Below, piece by piece: positions 1 through 14,078 of a stretch of 64,000 nt of DNA. Source of the stretch: the human T2T-CHM13v2.0 reference genome, Homo sapiens; NCBI RefSeq assembly GCF_009914755.1, contig NC_060930.1; one strand, given 5' to 3'. Position 1 is the stretch's first letter. The number at the start of each line of letters is the position of its first letter. The notes beneath the pieces are model-generated. The model searched no databases, was not told the DNA's origin, and saw nothing but the letters and a program-made list of their open reading frames with translations. A program made the translations under genes and the position numbers.

Positions 1-16
1 TGGCTAGGCTGGTCTC

Positions 17-92
17 TTGGTGGCTAACTTCTGTAATCCCAGCACTTTGGGAGGCCCAGGTGGGTGGATCACTTGAGGTCAGGAGTTTGAGA
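17..92 (+). mobile_element. Alu left-arm fragment
   Basis: tgtaatcccagcactttgggaggcc...gaggtcaggagtttgaga. Confidence 0.8.
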
Positions 93-1974
93 ATAGGTTT
101 TAAATGGAGAAAAGAATTCATGTGCATATGTTTCTAGGATTTCTCATTGTACATTGGATCAAAGATGGCTTTAGGCATGTTATTTTAGAGCTTAATGATT
201 TTATAGGATTCTCAGTCTTGTTTGATTTTCCAGTACAATTCCCCTGGTCATAGTTCTGCCTCTAGAAATTGATTGCTTTGTATGATTTTGGTATTTGCCA
301 TCACGACTCCATTACCCTAAAATGGGGGCCTTTTGCTAAAGATGCTGGGGGCACAGGATGCTTAGCATAGCTGTAAGGGAAGACCTTTATGTCCACCTGG
401 TAAGATAGTCCCGTGCACCAGCTGCTCTCAGTCTGGTGCTTCTGTTCATTCTCCTTGCTAAGTTTTTACTTGTGTACCATTGCTTCTGATTTTACTAACT
501 TAATTCCTTTATTTCTATTAGCTAAACTGGATGCCTCTTCTACTCTCTGAATAGGCGATTCCTCTGAAATCACACCAGAATCAGTATTTACTAACCTCAA
601 CAGCCATTTCCAAAATCAGTGCCTCTTAGGGCTTTAGCTCTGTAGGGGTGTGTGTTCATGATATGCTTGGACTCTTGGGAGGATTCAGAAAATGTATTCA
701 GGTACGCAGAACACTCCCTCGCATGCCTTGGAGATGTGGTATTAATAGAATCCTATGTTAGGCAAGTTGAGTTACATGATGCTTTTTAAATCCAAGAATT
801 TCTGGAAGGATAATTGGACTTAGAAAGATACTTACTTATTCTCTGCCTGTTTCCCACCACTCTTTCCCTGCTTCTCTCTCCTCCTAGAACAGAGAATGTT
901 AGAGCGAAACCTATACCAACGCAGGCTTGGAATAGATGGGGCCTGCCAAAGCATTCCCACTGTCTGTCTTAATTCCATTTCACTCCTTACACACTTAATT
1001 TCTTCTCTCCTTTCTTTAACTAAATTCAAATCTATTTCTAAGGAAAGCAAAGTCAAAATGGTTCAAAACAAAACTCTAAGAGCTCCAGAGATACAAAACG
1101 TGCTAGGCTGCCCTCCCAGTAGCCTTGCCAGGAGGGGTGGCTGCTTTGCCTTCACGGCCTGCGGGTCCACGCCTGAGCGTTGTTCTCCACAGATCGTGCA
1201 CCTGGGAAGAAGTTCAGTGATGAGCAGAGAATGAGACCAGCAGATACTAAGCCTGCCAACCATGAAATGCTCACAGAAAAGACCAAGAAAAGTGACTTAC
1301 AGCCCTCCTAAGTAGACAGATTTTTCCCTCATGTGTTTTGAAAGAGTTGGCTGGTTTCTAGGTTACTTTTTGCCTTGTGCATTCTACTTACTTGTTTGTA
1401 CAAGGACAGCTTTTACACGCATACATGCTGCGTACGTGCGTGTGTGTATCTAGTGGAAGGTGCTTACGTTTTAAACAGCTCCTTTAATGGTGTGACTCAT
1501 GCATGGGCACGATCATCTGTTTTCCAGACTGCCGCAACCCACGGAAAAGCTGCTGCGTTCAGTCTCCAAGGAGACTCTCAGGCCAGTTACCTTGGCAATG
1601 TGTTCCCTGTCAGCGAGTCTGATAACCTGGGGGTTGAAGTATTCACCATGGCACACTTTGCCAATAGCTTGATGACTCATAGCTTTTCTATGGACTTATT
1701 TCCAATGATTTCAGAAATTGAGAGTCTTTCCTGTCTATAGTTGTTTTCGTTTTGTGATGCTAGACTGACAGTTTGAAAGAAAAAGAGAAATTTTTGAATT
1801 GGAGCATTTCATAATTTTTCTTCTTAATAACAGGTCAAGTGATTGGTCAGAATGATTAACTGAGACTACAGTGAAGGCAATCCTTCCAGAAGTGATTTTT
1901 TAAATATGGCTTACAATTGACACCATGGCCCTCTGATTTGTCCTGTCCACTCTCTTCCTCGTAAAGCAAACAAA

Positions 1975-2450
1975 TTGAACATTCTGAAATACAGATCTGG
2001 TCATATCACTCTTTTACCTCCAGATAAAGTTCCAGACATCTTAGTGTGGCCTACAGGACCCTTCCTGATCGGGCCTCTGTCCACCTCTTGGGCTGATACC
2101 ACCCTCACACCCTGTGCTTTAGCCACAAACCTCTCAGCCCAAATCCCTTCCTCCTCCACCCTGATATTTTGTCACACCTTTTCCTCTGCTTCACCATGCC
2201 ACAGTCTCCTACTTGAACTTTAGGATCTACTAAGACAGCATGTCCTGTGGACATTCTTTCTAAGAAGTTGCTCCTGCCATATGGTCTCATAGAACCTTGC
2301 GTTAAGGTATTCATTCACAGCCCTTCCTACCAGTGCTTTATCTACTTGCTTATATGTCTGTCCAGTCCCGTAAGAGTGAAGAAACATGCTGTTTCATGTC
2401 AGGAGCTACGTCTTGGTCAAAAGCATAGGGAAGCTTGTAGGACTAGAAGC
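1975..2450. mobile_element. L2 fragment (degenerate)
   Basis: tctgaaatacagatctggtcatatcactc... pyrimidine-rich, resembles L2 3' region. Confidence 0.5.
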
Positions 2451-3803
2451 CTAGAAATGTGAAGTCCTTACCTGGCTCAAGAATGGCTCATCATTTCTTA
2501 CTCTTCCTCCATCCATCACCTTCCTCTTGGCAAATAGTAATAACTTTTGTGGAGACTCAGCCTTTCCCCATTTCTTCTTCCACCCTCAAAGGGCGTGGTA
2601 GACAGAGTATATCCAAATATAAGTGGCATTCCCTTCTACAGAATAATAACATTATTTAATCACTATACAGCTTTCTTTGGACAAGGGAGATTTTAGAATA
2701 TGGGTCAGGAACCTTTTTCTATAAAGGGCTACAAACTGTCTCTTTGTTTTTGTTTAGTTCTATAAACCTTAAAAGAAAATAAAAACAGTATTTTTAGTGG
2801 ACAGACCATGGAAGAATTTTGACAAAGGGCTTTAGAGCATAATATCAATGTCAGTGTATTTAATGGCACATAAATACTAATATCAATGTCAGTGTATTAA
2901 ATGGCACATAAAGGACTCCACCCCCTCACTATCCTCTGTCTTACAATTGTGTGGTCTTTCTCAATTTGGCAGTTGTGTGGATGTAACCTCTGGCCTTAGC
3001 ACTGTCTACTGTTAACTTTTCTTTACTTCCTTCCTATCTCTTCAAGTTTCTAGTTGGCCTGCATGAGCCTTTCTGTTCCTTCCACCCCCTTCTCCTGGGG
3101 GTAATTTGAACTGTTAAAGACACTAGACTTCCTGACTTCCTTTGGACATTTATTTTAAATTAGGAGAAAGAGACATAACCAAAAATTATTTTTATAAGCA
3201 AGTTTTTCCTTTTTCTGAGTATTCCCATCCCACATTACTGAGTGAACTCTCTAAAAAAGGATTTATTATATATTTGCAATAAACATGTCCCTGAAAATTA
3301 AATTCTTCCTTAGCCCTATCTGTCACTCTTGTCACCTGCCTGGATTTTAATACTTTCTGGTAGGCTGGGCAGAGAAGTTAATCTGGATATTAGGAATGTG
3401 TTCCCCATAAAGCTGTCTGTTCTCTTCATCTGGCTCTGTTCCTCTATGAGGAACCCCATAATGATAACTTGGACACAAAATAATTTCTCCACTGAAAAAT
3501 CATGTTTCCTCAGTAAAGAAGAAAAGTCTAATGCAAGTTCACAAAGTGTTCACCAATGAAAAGATAATGTGGTAAATGGTCTCTTGAAAGGTTTAGATAA
3601 TATAAAAATTAGCATTTCTGCCATAAACTATGGACTTTAGTTAATATATCAATTTTTTATTAATTGTGGCAAGTGTACTATACCAATGTAAGATTTAACA
3701 ATAGGTTCAATATGATAAATGTTTCATGGTCAGTTTTTCTATAAATCTCCAAGTGCTCTAAAAAGTAAAGTTTATTAGTTAAAAAAAAAAAAATCACCCC
3801 AAC

Positions 3804-4219
3804 TGTATTATCTTGCTGAGGCTGCTGTAACAAAGTGCCATAAACTGAGTACCTTAAACAAGAGTTTATTGTATTACAGTTCTGGAGCCTGTACATTCAA
3901 GATCAAGGCGTCAGTGGGGTTGGTTCCTCCTGAGAGGTGAGAGAGAAGGATCTCCTCAGGCTTCTCTCCGCGCCTTGTAGATGGCTGTCTTCTCCCCGTG
4001 TCTCTTCACACTGTCTTCCCTCAGTGAATGTCTCTGTGTCCAAATTTCCATTTCTTTAAGGACAGAGTCATGTTGGATTAGCATCCCCCCTAGTGAACTG
4101 AGTCTGACTTGATCACCTCTGCAAGGACCTATCTCCAAATAAAGTCACATTCGGAGGTGCTGGAGATTAGGACTCCAACCTATGAATTTGGGGAGAGAGA
4201 CACAGTTCAACCCATAACA
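3804..4219 (-). mobile_element. MLT1-type MaLR solo LTR
   Basis: gctgctgtaacaaagtgccataaactg...cacagttcaacccataaca, the reverse complement of MLT1 termini. Confidence 0.85.
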
Positions 4220-4346
4220 CTAACCGTCCCCCTAAAACTAGCACTTTAGTAACGCCTACCATTTTTCCGAGCGTGTTTCCACACATCACCTCTTTAATTT
4301 TGCCTTGTCTTTTGTCTGCATTTGTGTCGGTTCTGCTCTTCTGCAG

Positions 4347-4451
4347 TGACAGCCAGCAGCTGCAGCTTCTCTACCTGGAGTGCATCCTGTCTGTGCTCAG
4401 CAGCTCCTCCTCCTCCATGCACCTGCACAGGCGCTTCACGGACCTGATCTG
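4347..4451 (+). CDS. ARFGEF3: ARFGEF3/BIG3 coding exon (~exon 9), 105 nt, phase 2-2
   Basis: ttctgcag|T GAC AGC... encodes DSQQLQLLYLECILSVLSSSSSSMHLHRRFTDLI; donor TG|GTGAGC; TG+G gives W with the next exon; peptide recognised as BIG3. Confidence 0.95.
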
Positions 4452-4561
4452 GTGAGCACCCACTCCTGACGCCCCGACGCTGATGCCAACCCAAGGGCTG
4501 CTGCTGACTGTGTCTCTGGGTCCCTCTCCATGAAGTCCATGACCCACCAGTAGTAGTTTCA

Positions 4562-5202
<641 letters not shown>

Positions 5203-5902
5203 AAGCAGATAAATTGCTTTGTTGACATCCATCAGACCAAACTCCGCAGAAAAACTGATGATGATTATGGCAGAATATGCTTCCAGGGCCGTCTTTGGTT
5301 TATATCATAGGATCATGAGAGACGAGAACCAGAAAATTTTTCTGTGTTTTCAGCTCGTTCAAAAAGCATGTAACTTATGCAGGGGGCAAGAGATACTGAG
5401 CTTTACTCCTAGCCCTAGCTCCATCTCAACACGAATACCAGTCTCTTAATCATAGTCAGAGATTCCCAGAAGTGACAGGCCCCACAGGCAGCCAGCTGGT
5501 TGTTCTGGGTCCCTGGGCTTATCGACAGGAAGGAAGCCAAATGATAGGTGTCAGTATGGAATTTGCAATTAACTTCTCAAATGAGAAATCATTTTGTTAT
5601 TTGTAGTAATATGAAACTTTATAACAGCCATTTAGCATTTTGAGTCCATTTCTTCACTTATGATGGTTTCTTAATGCTTCTCTTATATTTTATTTCATTC
5701 ATGCTAGCTCAATTTATGAGGAAAAGTATTGTTGAAATACCTAGAAATGTTAAAGAGACTTAGAAAACAGGCAAAATGTAGCCAAAAGAAGAAGAAGTAA
5801 AGAGCCGCACTCTTGTCATTTCTATGGCATCTGTTTACTCGCAGAGTAAATTTTATCATTTGGCTCGTGGGGAAAGTTACTTTTCTCACCATCTCTTCCC
5901 AG

Positions 5903-6236
5903 GAAAAACCTCTGCCCTGCTCTCATCGTGATCTTGGGGAATCCAATTCATGACAAAACCATCACCTCTGCTCACACCAGCAGCACCAGTACCAGCCTGG
6001 AGTCGGACTCTGCGTCTCCGGGAGTGTCTGACCACGGCCGAGGATCAGGCTGCTCCTGCACTGCGCCGGCCCTGAGCGGACCTGTGGCTCGGACTATCTA
6101 TTACATCGCAGCCGAGCTGGTCCGGCTGGTGGGGTCTGTGGACTCCATGAAGCCCGTGCTCCAGTCCCTCTACCACCGAGTGCTGCTCTACCCCCCACCC
6201 CAGCACCGGGTGGAAGCCATCAAAATAATGAAAGAG
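5903..6236 (+). CDS. ARFGEF3: ARFGEF3 coding exon (~10), 334 nt
   Basis: tcttcccag|G AAA AAC...; KNLCPALIVILGNP...AIKIMKE; donor GAG|GTGAGG. Confidence 0.96.
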
Positions 6237-7246
6237 GTGAGGAGGCACTGGAGATCGCCACCAGGTTTACAAGGGGGCCTGACCAGCGTTTCGCATACAA
6301 GAAGCGCTCAGAAAAGGCTTGCCAATCACTTGCCGGAACTTCATTACTGCCTCATGGTGTCCAGTAGCGAATGCTGTCTCTGGAGTCAGTGCGTGTGTAC
6401 ATGTATTGCGAGCTGGGGTAGGAGGGGTCAGTGATGCCCACTGATGCAAAACCGTTTGAGAATCGAGCTAGTGCTTGTTAAGACTCTGTTAGATGTGCAC
6501 CAGACCAGGCCTATGCTGAGATTTCATTCTTCTACCTTACGTGCTGTTTGTGCAGATATATGTGTTTATTCGCCTTTGCCAACATTAGATTTCAAAATGA
6601 TTTTATACTCAGGTTGCACATTATCCAACAAAAGAGCTCTGCCAGTCTCTGATTGCTAAGAGGAATCCCTTTGTCCCATTCTTTTGCCTCATTTCTCCCA
6701 AATGTCATGACCCCAGCAAGAACATACAGGTTGTCCAGATTGCAATAGCCATCCCAGTGTGCTGCTTCATGGTTTTGAGGCAGAATTAGGGTTATTCTGA
6801 AGGTGCTTCAAACAAAGATTCCTCTGCCTTCTCTCAAAGAACCAAACAGAAAAGTCATCAGTGTTTTTGTATTTGTGAATATGTTCATAAAGGTCAAATT
6901 GCATTTCCTTTTGTTATCTCAACCCCCACCCCTCCAAAAAACCAGAGTAGCAAAATTCCCTTGTTGATGATTAATTTATTTTAAGCAATCATTGCTGCCA
7001 ACCAATATCTAGAAGTTAAATTTGAATTCTTTCTTGGTGTTTTAATGAGATTTTATTGTAATGAGTATTGGAAAGTTCTGACCCACTATTTCTAGAAATT
7101 AAGGAGTAGCCCAGATTTAATGACTGTTAAGAAAATCTATGAGCCCACGATAATAATTACCATTCTTTTTCTTGCCTACTATATGCCAGGCACTTCACAT
7201 ATATTTTTTTAATTCATAATAAATTTGTGAGGTTGTATATCAACTT

Positions 7247-7540
7247 TTATTTATTTATTTATTTATTTTGAGACAGAGTCTCACTCTGTTGCCCAGGCTG
7301 GAGTGCAGTGGCACAATCATGGCTCAATGCAGCATGGACCTCCTATGTTCAAGTGTTCCTCCTACCTCAGTCTCCTGAGTAGCTGGGACCACAGCTGCAT
7401 GACACCACACCTGGCTAATTTTTGTATTTTTTGTAGAGACGTGTTGCCCAGGCTGGTCTCAAACTCCTGAGCTCAAGCAATCCGCCCGCCTCAGCCTTCC
7501 AAAGTGCTAGCATTACAGGTGTGAGCCACCATGCCCAACC
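7247..7540 (-). mobile_element. AluJ-like, within a MIR
   Basis: Reverse Alu; TSD atcaactttta on both sides. Confidence 0.9.
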
Positions 7541-8199
7541 ATCAACTTTATTTTTTCAGTTAAGAATGTTACTTCTTTTCCCCACCAGAGCTTCAGGCAA
7601 TGGAGGTCAAAAGGCCAGCTTTAAGAATTGATCTTCACTAGATGGGCAGATAAAATACAGCTTTGGAGGCCAGTGAGACTAGACCACACTTCACCACTCA
7701 GACAGCAGTGGCCCTTCCCCAGGGTCCTCCCCTACTACTGTTCAACTTGCATCCTGGAGGGGCAAGCGTGGGCTTCCTCTGATTGGCAGATCCCCGGGAA
7801 GATGGGAGAGAAAGGTGCTAGTGAGGCATGCTCAGCTCCTTATCCTAAATTCACCAGTCCGATCAGGGGCTCTTCCTGTACCTGGAAGAAATGAGAGGAA
7901 GGGAGAAGAGAGGCCTAGAATTTTACTGCACTGGATGGATGTTCCTCCTCATAGAAGTGTGATGCCAAAGGAAAAGGAAATTTCCTCCCACAAAGAAACT
8001 TAGGCTTTAGGAGGTCAAATGGTTTGCCCAAAGTCCCAAAGAAAAAGAAAAGGTGCAAACCCTGGTCCAGCTGACCCTAATCCCACGGTCTTTTCCTGTA
8101 TCATCCTTATCACTGGACATGACTCTCACATTGCAGCGCAAATGACCCCCAGCAGCCCCTTTTTCTTGGTGTTGGAACAGCTGCCCATTTCAGGAGCCT

Positions 8200-8950
8200 G
8201 AGTTTAAGAGTCAGGGTTCAAATCCTCTCTCTACCACACACTGGCTTTGTGATATAGGTAAATCATTTAACTCTGAACTTAAGAGTTTTCTCATCTGTAC
8301 ATTGTTATAATATTCCAAAGGTTGCAAGTTCAAAATGCACTAAAGTTTGCTTAAGTACTTTGTAAATATCAAGTGCTAAACAAATATGTGGTGTACTTAT
8401 TGCTATTCTAAGGAAGAGAAAACACATGGAGGCTGAAAATAGCTGGTTCAATTCTAGCTGGCCTCCCTCTCCTGCCTGTTTTATTCCTTTTGTCTTACTG
8501 GATTTATGTCCATAAATCACCACTGTTAACAATTTTCCCATTGCCCAGGGCTCTCTAATGGCTCTTCATTGACTCTCCCATCAAGGCCGAGTTACTGTGC
8601 CCAGCTTCCAGAGCCTTCTTCCATCATTTGCATTTTCCATCACTTCCCTGGATGCACCTTCATCCCATGTGACTGATCTGCTTTGTTCAATTCCCACCTC
8701 CCCGCCTCTTCAGGGTTTTCTGTCCCTTATTCCTGTGGGTCACTCCCCCTTCACAGAATTGAGTGGTTAATTGCAACAGGCTAGATACCGCTGCCACTTC
8801 ACATTAGCTTATTTACAAACTCCCTTAAGAAGATAATATTATGCCCATTTTCCAGATGGGAAAGCTGAGGCTCTGGGGGGAGAAGTGACTTGCCCAAAGT
8901 CCTTCATGTTGTGAGTCGTAAGGCTAAGACAGTGAAGCCTGGTGTTCTAA
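8200..8950. mobile_element. MIR fragments (~8200-8400, ~8780-8950)
   Basis: MIR core motifs gggttcaaatcc, cccattttccagatgggaaagctgaggct. Confidence 0.6.
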
Positions 8951-10122
8951 GTATGGCTGCTTCTTTGCTATCAAAATCCTTGTCCTTCATGGTTGGGCTT
9001 CCTCAGACCACTGATCGGGTTCTTCTTGAAATTCCATCCCGCCATTTAGCAATTGATTATACGTCCCATAACACTGATTGTTTCACAATAGAATGGGGAA
9101 CAAGCTTCTTGACTCCTCAACTATACTTTTGTATATAGATTGCTTCTGTATGTTTTCCCCTAGTATTTAACACTATAATGCTTGAATCAGAATAAGTGTT
9201 TAGTAACTTTTGACTGACCGACATGTGGACCTGAAGACAAAATGTCTACAAAGAAGCTATTTTATAAGCAGCAGCAACCTTTCTTTTCCCCTCAGAAATG
9301 ACAGGCACTAGAGCAGTCACTGCCCACAGTAGAGCCACTTGGTACCTGGATGCTAAGTAGATACTTTGCATATGGCATCCATAGGTCTCTAAATGTGTTT
9401 TAAATAATTTCCTTTGTACTGCAAAAGGAAGTTAGTTATATTTATCTGTTCATCGTAGATGTTCTAGCTTCCCAAGGTCATTTTGCAGAGATGAGGCTCG
9501 AATTTGATGGTAGCACCCAAGTAGCACGTCCAGGCGGTGCTGCCCCAAGGAGCTCAGCAGACTGATTGGGGCCAGGATGTTCTGAAAAGTGGTGCCTCCA
9601 CTTTATACGACAAAACCAATCGTTTGGGAAAGTTGGTAACCTAGATACCAAAATGTGCAGGGCTTGTGCACACAAAGAAAACCACTGGGTACCCAGGATG
9701 TTTGTTTAGCCTTTTGGAGTTTGAAGGCTTGGTATGTTATTTCCCTGTTCTCGTTTTACTTTGTCACTCTGCCATATGCACTGTGTGCCTGTTGATCAAG
9801 GACATACAGGACATTTTTGTTTTTCAAAGCACAGCCCCTTTTCTGCTTCTGATTTCCCCTTAAAATGAACAGTAACGAAAAAGTACACTTTGCTTCCTTT
9901 TCTCTCCTATGGCTCAGCTTTAGAAGCCCCCTAGTCTTTATCAGACCTCTGGCCCCCCAGCCACTGATCCCACAACTCTCATTCCCACCTGAAGAAGCTG
10001 AGATTAAAACATCTTTCGTTTTAGTTTTTGTTGAGGGTTCTCCAGAAACCTTACCAATCCATCCCTTTCCCTCCAGATTCTGAAGCAATTGAGAAATAAG
10101 TACAAGATTAATGTGGGAATTA

Positions 10123-10392
<270 letters not shown>

Positions 10393-10949
10393 TTATCGAA
10401 TTTATTACCAGTGAATATCTAATTTATTACCAGTGAAGCTGAATTTTAAATTGTGGTGGGATGCCAGGAGACAGTGAGGTTTTCCACTCCATCTTTTGGG
10501 AATACACTTATCCTTCCAGCAAGAGATGGAGCATCCTGAGGCTCAGAGGGTCCAGCCACGGGGCTGCAGGCCTGTAGAGAGGGGGCGAGAGAGAGAGAGG
10601 GAAAGAGAGAGCCTGCCTGACTTTAGCCCCAGCCTTGTCACTCTTTTTTTGATGTCAACAAAAAGTGGAAGCTTCGTTTATGTTCCTTCCAGAGAGCAGA
10701 AGTGTTCAATTTCTGTGGTATGAAAGAAATATGGAAAGAGGAAAAGAGGAGAGCTACTTAAAATACAACTTCTTCTATGTAATGGACCTTTTCCTGCTTT
10801 GCTTGGAGTATCAATCACTTTGAAGATGAATGGACATACGCTAGGACGTCTACTGCAGACACACTGCATTAACCTTCTTTCCTTGAATCAATTTAGCCTC
10901 AACTTGACATTTTCTATAGACTTCTACCGTATGTATATAAAAATGTGTT

Positions 10950-11710
10950 AGAAATGAACAATTATGAACAGTCTACATATGAAAACTTGTGAGAAGAAAT
11001 AAATGGGAGGATATGTATAGCTTTAACTCCTTGTATTAAAAAGCAGAAAGCCTTAATGTCCTAATTCTCCAGCTTAGTTAGAAAAAAAGAATAGAATAAA
11101 TTCAAAAAAAGTAGAAAGGAGGAAAAATAAGGATAAAAGAAGAAAGTAATTATGACAAGGAAATATAGGGGATTTTAAAAAGCAGAAAATGTTAGGACTG
11201 AACAGATTAAGAAAATTGAAAAACTGTTCTCAAGAGCAATAAAAATTTCAAAACAGGTACAAATAAACAGAAATAAAAATGAAAAAAGTACCTAACTATA
11301 GATATTACACACATTAAAGAAATAAAAGAGGGTATTAAGGCATCTTTAGAACACTCTATTTGAAAACCAGGTAAAATGGATAAGTCCCTAGGAAATAATG
11401 CAACTTTTAAAAAGTTGGTTCAAGAAGAAATTAAGGACCTGAATAGTCCTATAATCTTTAGAGAAATGGAGGAACTAGTTAGAGGATTCCCATTAAAATT
11501 CTGGCTCCATGTAGCTTTAGAAACAAGCTATACAAGCATTCAAGGAACAGGGAATTCCAATCTCCCATGAACTTTTTCAGCAATAAGAAAGAGGGCATAC
11601 TTCTCCACCTAGTTTATGAAGCTAGCCGACTTGATACCAAAATAAGACAAAAAGAGTCCAGGAAGGTTATATTATAGGCCAATATTACTAAAGAACAGAG
11701 ATCCAAGTGT
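10950..11710 (+). mobile_element. Old L1 ORF2 fragment
   Basis: A-rich; ORF 11376 MDKSL...QEEIKDLNSPI resembles L1 ORF2 MDKFL...QEEIENLNRPI. Confidence 0.8.
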
Positions 11711-11993
11711 TTTCTAGTTCTGTGCTAGAAAAGATTTTTCAACAATCCCTCTGATCATTTTCTTTGTCTAAGCCAGCCCTGAGCTGAAGAGCCAGGAGCC
11801 TGATACACACCATATGTCAAGAAGAAAACCTAAATCAGCTTTACTAAGATTGGAAGTTCCAAATAATTCTGTTTCTCCTTATACTATATCACTCAGTAGG
11901 GAAAGTACATGTTTTTTTGATCTCACAATTTAAAAACCTTGTGCTTTTTTGTGATATTCACTTTTCTGTTACTCTTTTACCTTTTTCTTTAAG

Positions 11994-12106
11994 ATACTTG
12001 GGAGCCCACAGCGTCTCTGTGACTTGGCAGGACCCAGCTCCACTGAATCAGAGTCCAGAAAAAGATCAATTTCAAAAAGAAAGTCTCATCTGGATCTCCT
12101 CAAACT
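11994..12106 (+). CDS. ARFGEF3: ARFGEF3 coding exon (~11), 113 nt
   Basis: ctttttctttaag|ATA CTT...; ILGSPQRLCDLAGPSSTESESRKRSISKRKSHLDLLK; donor CT|GTATGA; this frame is absent from the ORF track but is needed for phase continuity. Confidence 0.93.
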
Positions 12107-12654
12107 GTATGATGTTTATCCTTTTAAGTCTTTATTGAGGCTGCTTTTCTGAAGACTTTTAACCTTGCTTACAAGTCCCTGAAATTTTAAAAAATTCTAC
12201 ATTATATGAAATGTGTCTATTTAATAATTTACCCACAAGCTACATGAGAAGACATATCTCAATTTATTATAATCATGGAACTTTTTATATTTTCATATTG
12301 ACTTAAAACCAGATGTACCAAGTGAAATATACAATAATTATTCATTGGGATTATTTTAGAGAATTTTTGATTTGCAATACTGTAACTATAGGATTTCTTC
12401 ATATGTAGCCCCCCTAGAAAACTGAATATTATAGGGCTTGTAATAGTTGTATTCACATACATCTGTTCAGGAATATGTTTACTTTATAGAGGAAGGTCCA
12501 CATTATATAACCATTATAACTATTTTCTATTTGAAACACTGAGCATAATACAAAAGTGAGGTTGTTCGGGAAAGTCATAAATACTCATCAGGAGCTTCTA
12601 TTTGTACCCAAAAAACCAGTGAGCCAAGAAGGAGTGTGATTCAATGCAGACCAC

Positions 12655-12998
<344 letters not shown>

Positions 12999-13167
12999 TA
13001 GGCATGTTTGTTTCTTTTATTCATTGCCCAGACCATTTTGTTTTATTCAAATCAGACTATCTGTTTTGAATACTTTGCTGTTTGCCAGGCTAACACTCTT
13101 GTTCCTTTCAGAGATATTTTCTACATTTTATGCATTTATTCCATTTTCTCTTTTGAACACTGTTTAG

Positions 13168-14078
13168 CATCATGGATGGCATGACCGAAGCATGCATCAA
13201 GGGTGGCATCGAAGCTTGCTATGCAGCCGTGTCCTGTGTCTGCACCTTGCTGGGTGCCCTGGATGAGCTCAGCCAGGGGAAGGGCTTGAGCGAAGGTCAG
13301 GTGCAACTGCTGCTTCTGCGCCTTGAGGAGCTGAAGGATGGGGCTGAGTGGAGCCGAGATTCCATGGAGATCAATGAGGCTGACTTCCGCTGGCAGCGGC
13401 GAGTGCTGTCCTCAGAACACACGCCGTGGGAGTCAGGGAACGAGAGGAGCCTTGACATCAGCATCAGTGTCACCACAGACACAGGCCAGACCACTCTCGA
13501 GGGAGAGTTGGGTCAGACTACACCCGAGGACCATTCGGGAAACCACAAGAACAGTCTCAAGTCGCCAGCCATCCCAGAGGGTAAGGAGACGCTGAGCAAA
13601 GTATTGGAAACAGAGGCGGTAGACCAGCCAGATGTCGTGCAGAGAAGCCACACGGTCCCTTACCCTGACATAACTAACTTCCTGTCAGTAGACTGCAGGA
13701 CAAGGTCCTATGGATCTAGGTATAGTGAGAGCAATTTTAGCGTTGATGACCAAGACCTTTCTAGGACAGAGTTTGATTCCTGTGATCAGTACTCTATGGC
13801 AGCAGAAAAGGACTCGGGCAGGTCCGACGTGTCAGACATTGGGTCGGACAACTGTTCACTAGCCGATGAAGAGCAGACACCCCGGGACTGCCTAGGCCAC
13901 CGGTCCCTGCGAACTGCCGCCCTGTCTCTAAAACTGCTGAAGAACCAGGAGGCGGATCAGCACAGCGCCAGGCTGTTCATACAGTCCCTGGAAGGCCTCC
14001 TCCCTCGGCTCCTGGCTCTCTCCAATGTAGAGGAGGTGGACACCGCTCTGCAGAACTTTGCCTCTACTTTCTGCTCAG
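13168..14078 (+). CDS. ARFGEF3: ARFGEF3 large coding exon (~12), 911 nt; Ser/acidic linker and start of degenerate Sec7-like region
   Basis: tgtttag|C ATC ATG GAT...; matches 304-aa ORF 13172-14086; donor TCA G|GTTTGT. Confidence 0.97.

Noticed and set aside
896-1330. 112-aa ORF and acceptor-like tgttctccacag at 1181-1192
   Set aside because: No good donor, and the peptide does not match BIG3 upstream of DSQQ
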